A stretch of 53,504 bases of DNA, taken from a virus. This document shows, in pieces, positions 17,596 to 24,391 of this stretch. The notes beneath the pieces were generated by a model. It saw only the letters and a program-made list of their open reading frames with translations, did no database searches and was not told the origin of the DNA. Position numbers and translations under genes: made by a program. Numbering within the stretch: position 1 is the first letter of the stretch; every line of letters begins with the position of its first letter. Location of the stretch: the IMG/VR virus record IMGVR_UViG_3300032883_000088; one strand, written 5' to 3'.

Positions 17596-18072
17596 TTACG
17601 CTTCGTTTTCATTGCACACCTTCTCCAAGCGCAGGAAGTACCGCCCACGCACTCGGTCTGTCCGCACAATCCGCAGACCCAGCCGCTGCGCTACCGCAAT
17701 CGACCGCGCATTCTGTGGTGCGATCCACGCAGAGATCACGTCCGCGCCCAGTTCCGTTTCCGCGATCCGCATCGCTATTCCCGCCCACGCGCGCCCGTAG
17801 CCCCATCCGCGGTATTCCGGCTGCACGATCTCCCGGCACACCCACACATTCTTTCCCCTCTCCGCGCGGGACGCTTGGAGTTCGCAGTACCCAGACACCC
17901 CAGTAACGCCCGAAAACACGATCGCCCGCGTGCGGTGCGCCGCCCACGAGACAACCTGCTCGGCTGTCAAGGGAAACTTGGCCACGGGGTCCAGCAGGCT
18001 GAGTTCGGCCGGCGTGCGGACCCAGCTTGCGATGGTCGCAGCGTCGTCAGGTTGGAAACGGCGGTAGGTCAT
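17596..18072 (-). CDS. GNAT-family N-acetyltransferase (158 aa)
   Basis: QPEYRGWGYGRAW acetyl-CoA-binding motif, GNAT-sized; ATG 18072 coincides with +1 of promoter 18079..18107. Confidence 0.8.
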   Translation of the reverse strand: MTYRRFQPDDAATIASWVRTPAELSLLDPVAKFPLTAEQVVSWAAHRTRAIVFSGVTGVSGYCELQASRAERGKNVWVCREIVQPEYRGWGYGRAWAGIAMRIAETELGADVISAWIAPQNARSIAVAQRLGLRIVRTDRVRGRYFLRLEKVCNENEA

Positions 18073-18078
18073 ACCCCC

Positions 18079-18107
18079 AGCATACCACATTCCGAGTGCA
18101 CTGTCAA
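18079..18107 (-). promoter_or_regulatory. Sigma70-type promoter TTGACA-17 bp-(TGg)TATGCT; ATG 18072 is 6 nt after the -10 (leaderless GNAT mRNA)
   Basis: Minus strand ggcTTGACAgtgcactcggaatgtggTATGCTgggggtATG. Confidence 0.6.
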
Positions 18108-18324
18108 GCCGGCCGAGAAGGGATTCCGCGTGAAGTACTAGTGCGCGTATTGAAGTTGCGAGAGGAGCAAGGGGTAGTAAATGCTATTTAACATTCTAAA
18201 GCACGCGCGGAAGGTGGGGGCGGGGTTGGGAACAACGCGAGGGGCTATTGCTCTTCTTCGGTCCGATAACTGGGGCCGATGGGGGGTCCGCTAATCTCGC
18301 CCTGCGCACGCTTGAATATTGCGT

Positions 18325-18352
18325 ATTATACGAACGTTAGCTAACATGCGAA
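18325..18352 (-). promoter_or_regulatory. Promoter candidate TTCGCA-16 bp-TATAAT
   Basis: Minus strand TTCGCAtgttagctaacgttcgTATAAT in the AT-richer core of the 18091..18596 gap. Confidence 0.35.
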
Positions 18353-18420
18353 CACTATGCGATCTGTGCGCGCGCGACACTATCGTACTTTGCGCGCCCC
18401 GGGCGGCACAGATGTCCGAT

Positions 18421-18439
18421 AAAAATTAGGCTAGCCTAA
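18421..18439 (-). terminator. Second intrinsic-terminator-like hairpin: 14-bp perfect palindrome ttaggctagcctaa followed by T5 on the minus strand
   Basis: Palindrome 18426..18439; A5 at 18421..18425 on the plus strand. Confidence 0.45.
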
Positions 18440-18440
18440 C

Positions 18441-18470
18441 AAAAAAGGCAGGGACCGCTAAGTCCCTACC
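18441..18470 (-). terminator. Rho-independent terminator ending the leftward early operon: GGUAGGGAC-UUAGCG-GUCCCUGCC-UUUUUU
   Basis: 9-bp stem (one U-G wobble, only on the minus strand), 6-nt loop, T6 tract; lies 127 nt downstream of the stop of 18597..18854. Confidence 0.7.
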
Positions 18471-18490
18471 TACGTAAGTCCCTACCTACG
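18459..18490. repeat. Tandem direct repeat 2 x 16 bp (taagtccctacctacg) plus partial third copy; duplicates the 5' arm of the terminator
   Basis: 18459..18474 = 18475..18490 exactly. Confidence 0.9.
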
Positions 18491-18596
18491 TAAGCCCCCA
18501 CTTATCGAACCCTAGATCGTCTTGAACCCCATCCCATTGCACCGACCCCTCTTGCCGCGTTCGGCTCCGCTTAGAGTAGCACGGACCTAGATCGCG

Positions 18597-18854
18597 TTAT
18601 CGACCATAAACCTTGCGATTGCACCCCGTACATCGGTACGTCTGAGTACACTCGCTTGACCACCGTACGCCCTTTGCGTTTTCGTCGGTCGCTTCCGTTC
18701 GGCTCGCAAGGCATTGTGGGCATAGCAGCTTCCCAAGGTAACTAAATGCCGCATATTCATGGGCTAGGATCGTTCCCCGCACCGCTGCCACTTGTGCTGC
18801 GGACAACGAACCTCCCACGTGCGTTCTGGGTCGTTTGTTCTCTGCAATCTTCAT
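18597..18854 (-). CDS. Zinc-ribbon protein (85 aa)
   Basis: CPQC ... CTGC. Confidence 0.5.
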   Translation of the reverse strand: MKIAENKRPRTHVGGSLSAAQVAAVRGTILAHEYAAFSYLGKLLCPQCLASRTEATDENAKGVRWSSECTQTYRCTGCNRKVYGR

Positions 18855-19019
18855 CGTTTAGTTCCCTTTGTAAAGATGAGGGGCGGGTTGCGGTTCGTCA
18901 CTCCGCTTCCCGCCCCCGGGGGGGTAGCCGCCCGCGTTCTCGCGTTGCGTAAGGGGGGTCGCATCGCGTCCGCCGAGCGGCTAGTGTCGCGGGTGGGAGT
19001 CGTCACCCGCGTTGCAGCC

Positions 19020-19247
19020 CTACCTTTGCGACCTATAGTCTCCCCCTGATTCGGGTCCGCTTTGGATCAAGTGCAATGTCCCATCCGGTTCGATAACCCC
19101 CCGCACCCCCATCACTTCAACGGATTTCCCCTTACTACGTTGCTGCACGGTCAACGTAAATCCCCCATTCTTCGCTTGTGGTCCGCCCGCGAGCTTAGTC
19201 TTCCGCCCGTCGATTGTCGCTTCAATCCACCAATTACGCATTGCCAT
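19020..19247 (-). CDS. Hypothetical protein (about 75 aa)
   Basis: The track ORF 19020..19496 overlaps the upstream gene; AAGGGGG precedes the ATG cluster 19250/19247/19241. Confidence 0.45.
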   Translation of the reverse strand: MAMRNWWIEATIDGRKTKLAGGPQAKNGGFTLTVQQRSKGKSVEVMGVRGVIEPDGTLHLIQSGPESGGDYRSQR

Positions 19248-19578
19248 CATTTCCCCCTTCCGCCCCCATCGGTTCAATCCGATACACCCTCCACCATTGC
19301 CGACCGATAACCCACCCAACGTGTCTACATCCGTGGATGTAGTTTCCGTGGCCGACCCCGTGGGGACAAGTGTACTCACCGCGGTAACCGGGACCGACCC
19401 AGAACGATACACCTCGCCCCCTACATATTCTACAAGTCGGACCTCCGGTCGGCACAAGGTCAACGAATATCCGTTGAGCGTGTTGTCGGCCCGCACGTTC
19501 CAACAATGCCTTACGCGGGTATGGCCCTAGATTTTGGGCACAATTCCCATACTGGTCGAATGCTATGTGGTTACTCAT
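19234..19578 (-). CDS. Cys/His-rich protein carrying the FWVGPGYRGEY-CPHG-HGN-IHGC module (114 aa)
   Basis: CRICRGRG, FWVGPGYRGEYTCPHGVGHGNYIHGC; ATGA overlap with the upstream stop fixes ATG 19578; paralogous module in 30403..30876. Confidence 0.55.
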   Translation of the reverse strand: MSNHIAFDQYGNCAQNLGPYPRKALLERAGRQHAQRIFVDLVPTGGPTCRICRGRGVSFWVGPGYRGEYTCPHGVGHGNYIHGCRHVGWVIGRQWWRVYRIEPMGAEGGNDGNA

Positions 19579-19769
19579 TGTTCTCCCTTTCCCGGCAGCG
19601 GGCAAACCACGCCGCACACTATACACACCATTTCGACCACCACAGACCCGTTCGACCCTATCTGCCACTTCCACGGTGTCATCGGTCGCAAGTCGTCGAT
19701 GGTCAAGTCGTGCCGCTGCGAGCATAACGGACACGTTGTCAAACACGTCAATTCGGGCGTGGTACGCAT
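19575..19769 (-). CDS. Zinc-ribbon protein (64 aa)
   Basis: CPLC ... CIVCG. Confidence 0.5.
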   Translation of the reverse strand: MRTTPELTCLTTCPLCSQRHDLTIDDLRPMTPWKWQIGSNGSVVVEMVCIVCGVVCPLPGKGEQ

Positions 19770-19773
19770 AGCC

Positions 19774-19998
19774 TCACCGCGGTTCTAACCAAACTCGCCA
19801 TTGTTGCGGCACGTCCCGGAGGGGGATTCGCTTGCACATTGCAAGGTACTTTCGGCTTATCCCTTGCGTGCAACACGACTCCGGGTGTCCGGGAACGCAC
19901 GCGGCCCGCCCCTCATAATCCGAACCGCCCCTGTGCGACCCGGGACCCCAAACGACTAAGTATCCGATCGGTGGGTCGTGATAATATCGCGTGTTCAT
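19774..19998 (-). CDS. Hypothetical protein (74 aa)
   Basis: ATGA overlap with the upstream stop fixes ATG 19998. Confidence 0.45.
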   Translation of the reverse strand: MNTRYYHDPPIGYLVVWGPGSHRGGSDYEGRAACVPGHPESCCTQGISRKYLAMCKRIPLRDVPQQWRVWLEPR

Positions 19999-20477
19999 CG
20001 GGGATATCGCTCCACTAATGTCTTGCCCAACGCACGGCAAGTGTGGCAACGATCATCGTCCATGCCAGCCGTAGACTTACCACACCCAATGCACCGATCA
20101 TGTAGTAGGATCGTATCCGGTCCCACAAACCGAGCCTCCCCTCCGTCGAACATCCGATAATACACAGTGTGTTGGTTCCCCTCTCTCCGCACGTAAACTG
20201 CGAGATTATCGAACCATCGCTGCGTGATTCGCCTTTTGCGGTTAAAGCCATCTATAGAGGGCGTGTCAATAACCGACTCGCATTCGACGCCGAGAATCGC
20301 AACCGGCTCCGCCCACACACCACGGGTGATACCATCGGTGTCGGTGGGTCGCTGCCAGTATCCACTAGCATCGGTGACTGTGCAACCCCCCCACCGCTCG
20401 ACACACCGGGCGACGCACGTGTCGATAAGCTGCTCCAATTCGGGTGTTTCCCTTGGAATCGTGAATTGTACGAACAT
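19995..20477 (-). CDS. Hypothetical protein with a C-terminal zinc ribbon (160 aa)
   Basis: CIGCG ... CHTC; AGGGGAAAAACG-ATG start region. Confidence 0.55.
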   Translation of the reverse strand: MFVQFTIPRETPELEQLIDTCVARCVERWGGCTVTDASGYWQRPTDTDGITRGVWAEPVAILGVECESVIDTPSIDGFNRKRRITQRWFDNLAVYVRREGNQHTVYYRMFDGGEARFVGPDTILLHDRCIGCGKSTAGMDDDRCHTCRALGKTLVERYPR

Positions 20478-20545
20478 CGTTTTTCCCCTAACCGCGAACT
20501 TAGGTGCATACGCACACCCAAACGTACACGGTCCACAATGCGATC

Positions 20546-21034
20546 TTAACGTACTCCCGAACCATCGTCAACTCCCGTCGCAAGTCGAGACGGCAACTTG
20601 CGAAACTCGGTGACACGTACTTGGAATTGCCCTTCCCCTGTAATCCCATACGCGAATCCCGGTCGCAATTCCGCCTTGAGTTGTTCGATCGTCAACGCCG
20701 ATTCACCCGGCTGTCCAAGTCCCGACGAATCACAGAACAGTTCCCGCACGACTTCCCATCCATCGGCAAGCGGATAATTCCCCGGCCCACCAGACGTATC
20801 GTACTCCCCCACCTTGGGGAAGGGAAACGGTGGATAGCCGTCAATTTCCGCCTGCGTCTCGATAAGGTATGGTTCGGTCGTCGTATCTGCATCCATCGCC
20901 TCCGCCTCTGCCAGCAACGCCTTTGCGTGCCGCTCCGCTTCCTTCTCACATGCGTAGCACACTTCGCACCTCCACTTCCCATTCGGTAACACCCGAACGT
21001 CTAAACACCCACATTTTTCGCAACGGCCAAACAT
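20546..21034 (-). CDS. Hypothetical protein with an N-terminal zinc ribbon (162 aa)
   Basis: CEKCGC ... CEVCYAC; ATG 21034 lies 2 nt after the upstream stop; the track start 21361 runs through the non-coding gap. Confidence 0.55.
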   Translation of the reverse strand: MFGRCEKCGCLDVRVLPNGKWRCEVCYACEKEAERHAKALLAEAEAMDADTTTEPYLIETQAEIDGYPPFPFPKVGEYDTSGGPGNYPLADGWEVVRELFCDSSGLGQPGESALTIEQLKAELRPGFAYGITGEGQFQVRVTEFRKLPSRLATGVDDGSGVR

Positions 21035-21036
21035 CG

Positions 21037-21222
21037 TCAACCCCCCGTTGTTAGCTTCTCTGCCGAGTACTGCCCGCAGTTCGGGCATATACCCCATACC
21101 CAGTTCCAACCGAGCACGCTGCACTCTCGGCAGTAATGCGTACAGTCTACCGCCTCCCCGCGTAAGATCGCGGCGTCCACTTCCGTAACCGATACGAATG
21201 TAGGCACATTCTCGACCTTCAT
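21037..21222 (-). CDS. Zinc-ribbon protein (61 aa)
   Basis: CRECS ... CPNCG; ATG 21222 preceded by AAGGGGGAAGCG. Confidence 0.5.
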   Translation of the reverse strand: MKVENVPTFVSVTEVDAAILRGEAVDCTHYCRECSVLGWNWVWGICPNCGQYSAEKLTTGG

Positions 21223-21567
21223 CGCTTCCCCCTTTCCATCTATCAGACCTCCCACCGCACGCCCGGTACGGAAGCAGCCGTATGGTAGGCCAACCCGCTT
21301 TCGCCGTAGCTTGTTCTAGAATTACTACGGCAATAGAATGGTTCGCTGTTACCGGACGCACGGTGGGAGGTCCGAGAACGGTTGCCTGTGCAACCCCCTA
21401 CAATCTAGCGGGTATATTCTCGGACGCCCAAAGGGGGAATAGCCGTCGGCATTTTTACGCCTATGTTATCGACTCTTTCGCACGGTTGGCGATTCTTGGA
21501 AACTTCCCATCCGTGTCTCCGTTTTTCCCCACTACGTACGGGGTTGTCGGTCCCACCGCCTCCCCGC
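21223..21567 (-). ncRNA. Structured untranslated RNA region (long 5' leader or stand-alone ncRNA) downstream of promoter 21574..21602
   Basis: No convincing ORF; own promoter; 23-bp helix and several local hairpins (see findings). Confidence 0.4.
21246..21372 (-). other. 23-bp RNA helix (arms 21350..21372 and 21246..21268) closing an 81-nt insert
   Basis: 20 Watson-Crick pairs plus 3 pairs that are G-U on the minus-strand RNA but C-A on the plus strand. Confidence 0.6.
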
Positions 21568-21573
21568 ACCACA

Positions 21574-21602
21574 AGCATACCACACGCAGCCCGCGTTGTC
21601 AA
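21574..21602 (-). promoter_or_regulatory. Sigma70-type promoter TTGACA-17 bp-(TGg)TATGCT overlapping the stop codon of 21599..21802
   Basis: Minus strand tTTGACAacgcgggctgcgtgtggTATGCT. Confidence 0.55.
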
Positions 21603-21802
21603 ACTAAATCTCCGTAAATTCCCTCCCATCCGCAATCGTCGTCCTGACAATGTGCGGAATCATAGTCCGCCGGTTGAAAATCCCCAATCGGCTCCCAGCC
21701 TAAGTCGCCGACAATTCCAATCTGAGTTTGTTTCGCGGGAGTAAACGTGCATAGCGAATCCACGTTGACCGACCCGCGACATTCTGGACACTTAGTTCCC
21801 AT
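21599..21802 (-). CDS. Zinc-ribbon protein (67 aa)
   Basis: CPEC ... ; AGGGGG 9 nt upstream of the ATG; promoter 21828..21856. Confidence 0.5.
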   Translation of the reverse strand: MGTKCPECRGSVNVDSLCTFTPAKQTQIGIVGDLGWEPIGDFQPADYDSAHCQDDDCGWEGIYGDLV

Positions 21803-21827
21803 CGTTCATTACCCCCTAACTACCCCT

Positions 21828-21856
21828 AGTCTACGCTGTGGATTCCCGGTTGTCAA
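21828..21856 (-). promoter_or_regulatory. Sigma70-type promoter TTGACA-17 bp-TAGACT
   Basis: Minus strand cgcTTGACAaccgggaatccacagcgTAGACTagg. Confidence 0.55.
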
Positions 21857-21883
21857 GCGGTCGGAGAGGATTTTTTTTGTGCG

Positions 21884-21913
21884 TTGACCGACCCCCACTA
21901 CGCGGCATATAAT
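21884..21913 (+). promoter_or_regulatory. Plus-strand (antisense-oriented) promoter TTGACC-18 bp-TATAAT, back to back with 21828..21856
   Basis: Plus strand gcgTTGACCgacccccactacgcggcaTATAATtgc; T8 tract 21871..21878 between the two -35 boxes. Confidence 0.45.
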
Positions 21914-21958
21914 TGCCGACCGTAGGGGGCGGCTTGATCGGACTAGACCTGTTCGCAG

Positions 21959-21992
21959 GTTATAGGACTATCGCCGCCCCGCGTTATAGGAC
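21959..21992. repeat. Two 10-bp direct repeats gttataggac (21959..21968, 21983..21992); minus strand GTCCTATAAC
   Basis: Exact copies 24 bp apart; related to the CCTATAAT -10 boxes at 5571, 9338, 26321 and 46186. Confidence 0.8.
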
Positions 21993-22045
21993 GACCCCCG
22001 CCCCATCCCGCTCCGCCTTTTGTGCAATTTAACATTCCCCCTCTT

Positions 22046-22063
22046 CTCGCCTTGCGGCGACCT
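22046..22063 (-). other. Conserved hairpin motif copy: (minus strand) AGGTCGCC-GCAA-GGCGAG
   Basis: 18-mer ctcgccttgcggcgacct identical to 25304..25321; 5-bp stem, GCAA tetraloop on the minus strand. Confidence 0.7.
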
Positions 22064-22106
22064 GCCTGTTGTTCATCATCCCGCGAAGCGGGCATAGGCA
22101 AAGGTC

Positions 22107-22146
22107 GGCCCCCCGGCCCACGGAGGAAGCCGCGAACCGGGGGGCC
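22107..22146. other. GC-rich stem-loop (10-bp stem ggccccccgg/ccggggggcc, 20-nt loop) 20 nt downstream of the stop at 22167
   Basis: Perfect inverted repeat; no U tract on either strand, so terminator function is uncertain. Confidence 0.5.
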
Positions 22147-22166
22147 TTGGAGGGGGAAGGAAGCTC

Positions 22167-22952
22167 TTAGTCCGCGGCCCGTCGCAGGTCGTCGGCGTAC
22201 TGTCGCTGATAGTGGATCGCGTACTGCCCCGGCGGAAACGTCACGTCCTGGTGTTCCGGGTGCGTCATCGTCCAGGGGTTATCCGCAACCACGATCGGCC
22301 CATCAAGCACGCCGGCGTTCGGCGGCGTAAGGACTCGTACCTCCGAGGTCAAAACGAGGTGTCGAGCACCGATTCCCGACCCGACCGCGATCTGGATGTG
22401 GCTCTCTCCGCCCCCGACCGTGTGCATTGGTCCCATCGCCTTGAATGCGGCATCGGACAACAGGACTACGCCCACGTCGCCTTGCCATAGGATGTCTGTA
22501 TCCGGCGTCATTGCCCCTGCCTTCCGCGGCTCGCGTCCGGGCTTGTCGTCCGCCTTGAACTCATTCGCCCGCATCCGCATGGCGGCGTACACGTTGCCGG
22601 CACCGTTCGCGTTCTCAAACGCAGCATCCGTCTCCTCCCGCGTCATCGGAGGTTCGGCAGACCGGGTAGGGCGACGTTTGGTCCCCGTCAACAATGGCAT
22701 CTCGGTTTTCAATTCGCTCATCTTTTGGTCCTTTCCCGCGGTATCGCGGCTGGGTCTTTTTTCCCGCTGCGTAGCGGGGTAAACAAAATCTCTCCAAATC
22801 CTGTGTGCTCCGGGTCGAAAGGAAATAGAGGTAGCCCATCTTCCCCATGGAATACCGGTGCAAGGATATGTACCGAAACACGCCTCTGCTATCTTTTTCC
22901 TTACCCCAACAACACGTAATCTACAATCCGTATTCAAACTCATCCTTACCAT
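22167..22952 (-). CDS. Hypothetical protein (261 aa; 184 aa if ATG 22721 is the true start)
   Basis: GGAGGGAGG just upstream of ATG 22952, with promoter 22969..22996. But the first 77 codons are AT-richer, rich in AGA/AGG/ATA/TTA and contain two hairpins. ATG 22721 has AAGGA upstream. Confidence 0.5.
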   Translation of the reverse strand: MVRMSLNTDCRLRVVGVRKKIAEACFGTYPCTGIPWGRWATSISFRPGAHRIWRDFVYPATQREKRPSRDTAGKDQKMSELKTEMPLLTGTKRRPTRSAEPPMTREETDAAFENANGAGNVYAAMRMRANEFKADDKPGREPRKAGAMTPDTDILWQGDVGVVLLSDAAFKAMGPMHTVGGGESHIQIAVGSGIGARHLVLTSEVRVLTPPNAGVLDGPIVVADNPWTMTHPEHQDVTFPPGQYAIHYQRQYADDLRRAAD

Positions 22953-22968
22953 GTCCTCCCTCCGTTCG

Positions 22969-22996
22969 ATTATATCCGCTCATCGCGGCGAGTCAA
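22969..22996 (-). promoter_or_regulatory. Sigma70-type promoter TTGACT-16 bp-TATAAT overlapping the stop of 22970..23179
   Basis: Minus strand agTTGACTcgccgcgatgagcggaTATAATcga. Confidence 0.55.
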
Positions 22997-23179
22997 CTTA
23001 TCCCGCCGTTTTTGCTCTCGTCTCCTGCCCATCCAGTGTATGAATCCCTGAATCACCTGCGGCAGGGTCGCATCGTACCACGTACGCCGACACGTTGAAC
23101 AGTACCAGAATCCGCATCCCGTCGTCGGGTCGTAACCCTCCCGGTAGAGTCTGTGAGATAACCAGCACCAAAGTATCAT
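22970..23179 (-). CDS. Hypothetical Cys/Trp-rich protein (69 aa)
   Basis: ATGA overlap with the upstream stop. Confidence 0.45.
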   Translation of the reverse strand: MILWCWLSHRLYREGYDPTTGCGFWYCSTCRRTWYDATLPQVIQGFIHWMGRRREQKRRDKLTRRDERI

Positions 23180-24123
23180 GTTCGCCCGATCTCTTGCAAC
23201 TTCGGGTTCCCTACCAGGTAAGTCTTCGCATCAGAGCAGGTAGCCGTAGTGGGTGGGACCAGTAGGTTAAAGACCCGCCCAGTAGGACAAGTACAAAGCA
23301 GGACTCTGGCCTCCAGGTCGGGTACATCGCATAGGGCTTCATAGCACCCTCCGTCTACATCGTTCCGCCGCTTGTCGATCACCTTCGCCTTACTCGCGGC
23401 TAGGTACTTCTCCCATCCATATCGCTCGATGCGAATGCGGCGACGTTCGAGATTATCTTCGTCGTGAATCTGCTCCATCGTCTGCGTCTCAGGTCGCATG
23501 ATGAGTTGCTCGTCCACAAAGTGACCTTCAATCGCGTAAATCTTCTCGCCATCCGGCCACTCCAGTACAGCCCCGTCCGCATTATGCCATTGCAACACGG
23601 ACGCCTGATCGCGGTACACGATCTTGCATGGTCGCTCGATTACGAACGCGACCTTCTCGAACGTTGCCAACGCGAACGCATTCCGTGCGAACTCCTTAAG
23701 GAACTGAATCGGGTGCGGCTTCCCCGCTTCCCCGGGCTTGGCGACGTACTTGCAGTAGTAATCATCCGCGGCGAGCCAATTCCCATCGGACCACGGCGTA
23801 CTCAGTGCGGCCTGGGCTTCCCGCTTTGTGAACTTCGCTGCGGCCGCATCCGTGCTCTTGATCTTGTCCGCGAACTCGGCGGCCTTGCGATAGTAGTTTT
23901 GCAACCCCTCGCAGAACACAATCTCCGGCCCCACATCTCGTTCGGCCGGCAACCTTGCATCCATCGGTCGCTTCAATTCCGCGGATTCATAGAGGGCCAG
24001 TACCGCTCGCCCCGCGGCCTCCCGCACCATCGGTGCCGTTTCCAGCAATACCTTGGTCCAGTCCTCCACGACCTCCGCGATCTGCCGTTCTTCTTGCTTC
24101 GGATCAACCTTCGTCTCAGCCAC
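23176..24123 (-). CDS. Hypothetical protein; C-terminal half resembles the family I recall as DUF6745 (about 315 aa)
   Basis: GTG 24123 with GGAGGA 7 nt upstream (track start 24225 overlaps the previous gene by about 110 nt); WHNADGAVLEWPDGEKIYAIEGHFV ... EDNLERRRIRIERYGWEKYL. Confidence 0.5.
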   Translation of the reverse strand: MAETKVDPKQEERQIAEVVEDWTKVLLETAPMVREAAGRAVLALYESAELKRPMDARLPAERDVGPEIVFCEGLQNYYRKAAEFADKIKSTDAAAAKFTKREAQAALSTPWSDGNWLAADDYYCKYVAKPGEAGKPHPIQFLKEFARNAFALATFEKVAFVIERPCKIVYRDQASVLQWHNADGAVLEWPDGEKIYAIEGHFVDEQLIMRPETQTMEQIHDEDNLERRRIRIERYGWEKYLAASKAKVIDKRRNDVDGGCYEALCDVPDLEARVLLCTCPTGRVFNLLVPPTTATCSDAKTYLVGNPKLQEIGRT

Positions 24124-24391
24124 GTTCGTTTCCTCCCGCGTTTGCATATTCCCGAATGGTATTCTTGATCTGCTCCAATGGCGTATCCGAGTACCACATT
24201 TCGGACAGTTTGAACAGTTGCTCACCAGTCAAACCTGTGTAGCCATCTGGAATCCCCCCAAGGTCCACGGAAAACGTCATCGACCCCCCACGTTCTTTAT
24301 AGGCTCGACAAGCAACCCGTTCTTGCCTACTTTCCTCTTCGGTCATTTGATTGGCCCACTCAAGACAGTTCCTTTTCTGTTCTGCATTCAT
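24116..24391 (-). CDS. Hypothetical protein (91 aa), leaderless start
   Basis: ATG 24391 lies 6 nt after the -10 of promoter 24398..24426; MNAEQKRNCLEWANQMTEEE... Confidence 0.5.
   Translation of the reverse strand: MNAEQKRNCLEWANQMTEEESRQERVACRAYKERGGSMTFSVDLGGIPDGYTGLTGEQLFKLSEMWYSDTPLEQIKNTIREYANAGGNERG

Noticed and set aside
17427-17609. Small Cys-rich ORF (MKCDCPSP...CPAC) between the GNAT and HNH genes
   Set aside because: It is plausible as a 47-60 aa zinc-binding peptide. However, the start is ambiguous, it overlaps the GNAT stop in one version, and it lacks a clear ribosome-binding site. It is not reported as a feature.
18231-18300. Possible tRNA in the large gaps (and a GGTTCGAG string at about 9510)
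   Set aside because: I could not build a 7-bp acceptor stem, D-arm or T-arm on either strand. The GGTTCGAG lies inside an ORF with no cloverleaf context.
21405-21650. 81-aa minus-strand ORF across the 21223..21598 gap
   Set aside because: It starts inside the upstream gene and is cut by the promoter at 21574..21602. It is Arg/Gly-rich with no ribosome-binding site, and the region is better explained as structured RNA.
22022-22330. 102-aa plus-strand ORF downstream of the antisense promoter
   Set aside because: It has a GTG start with no ribosome-binding site and a product dominated by Arg/Pro/Gly. It runs antisense through the 3' end of a better-supported gene, so a non-coding transcript is more plausible.
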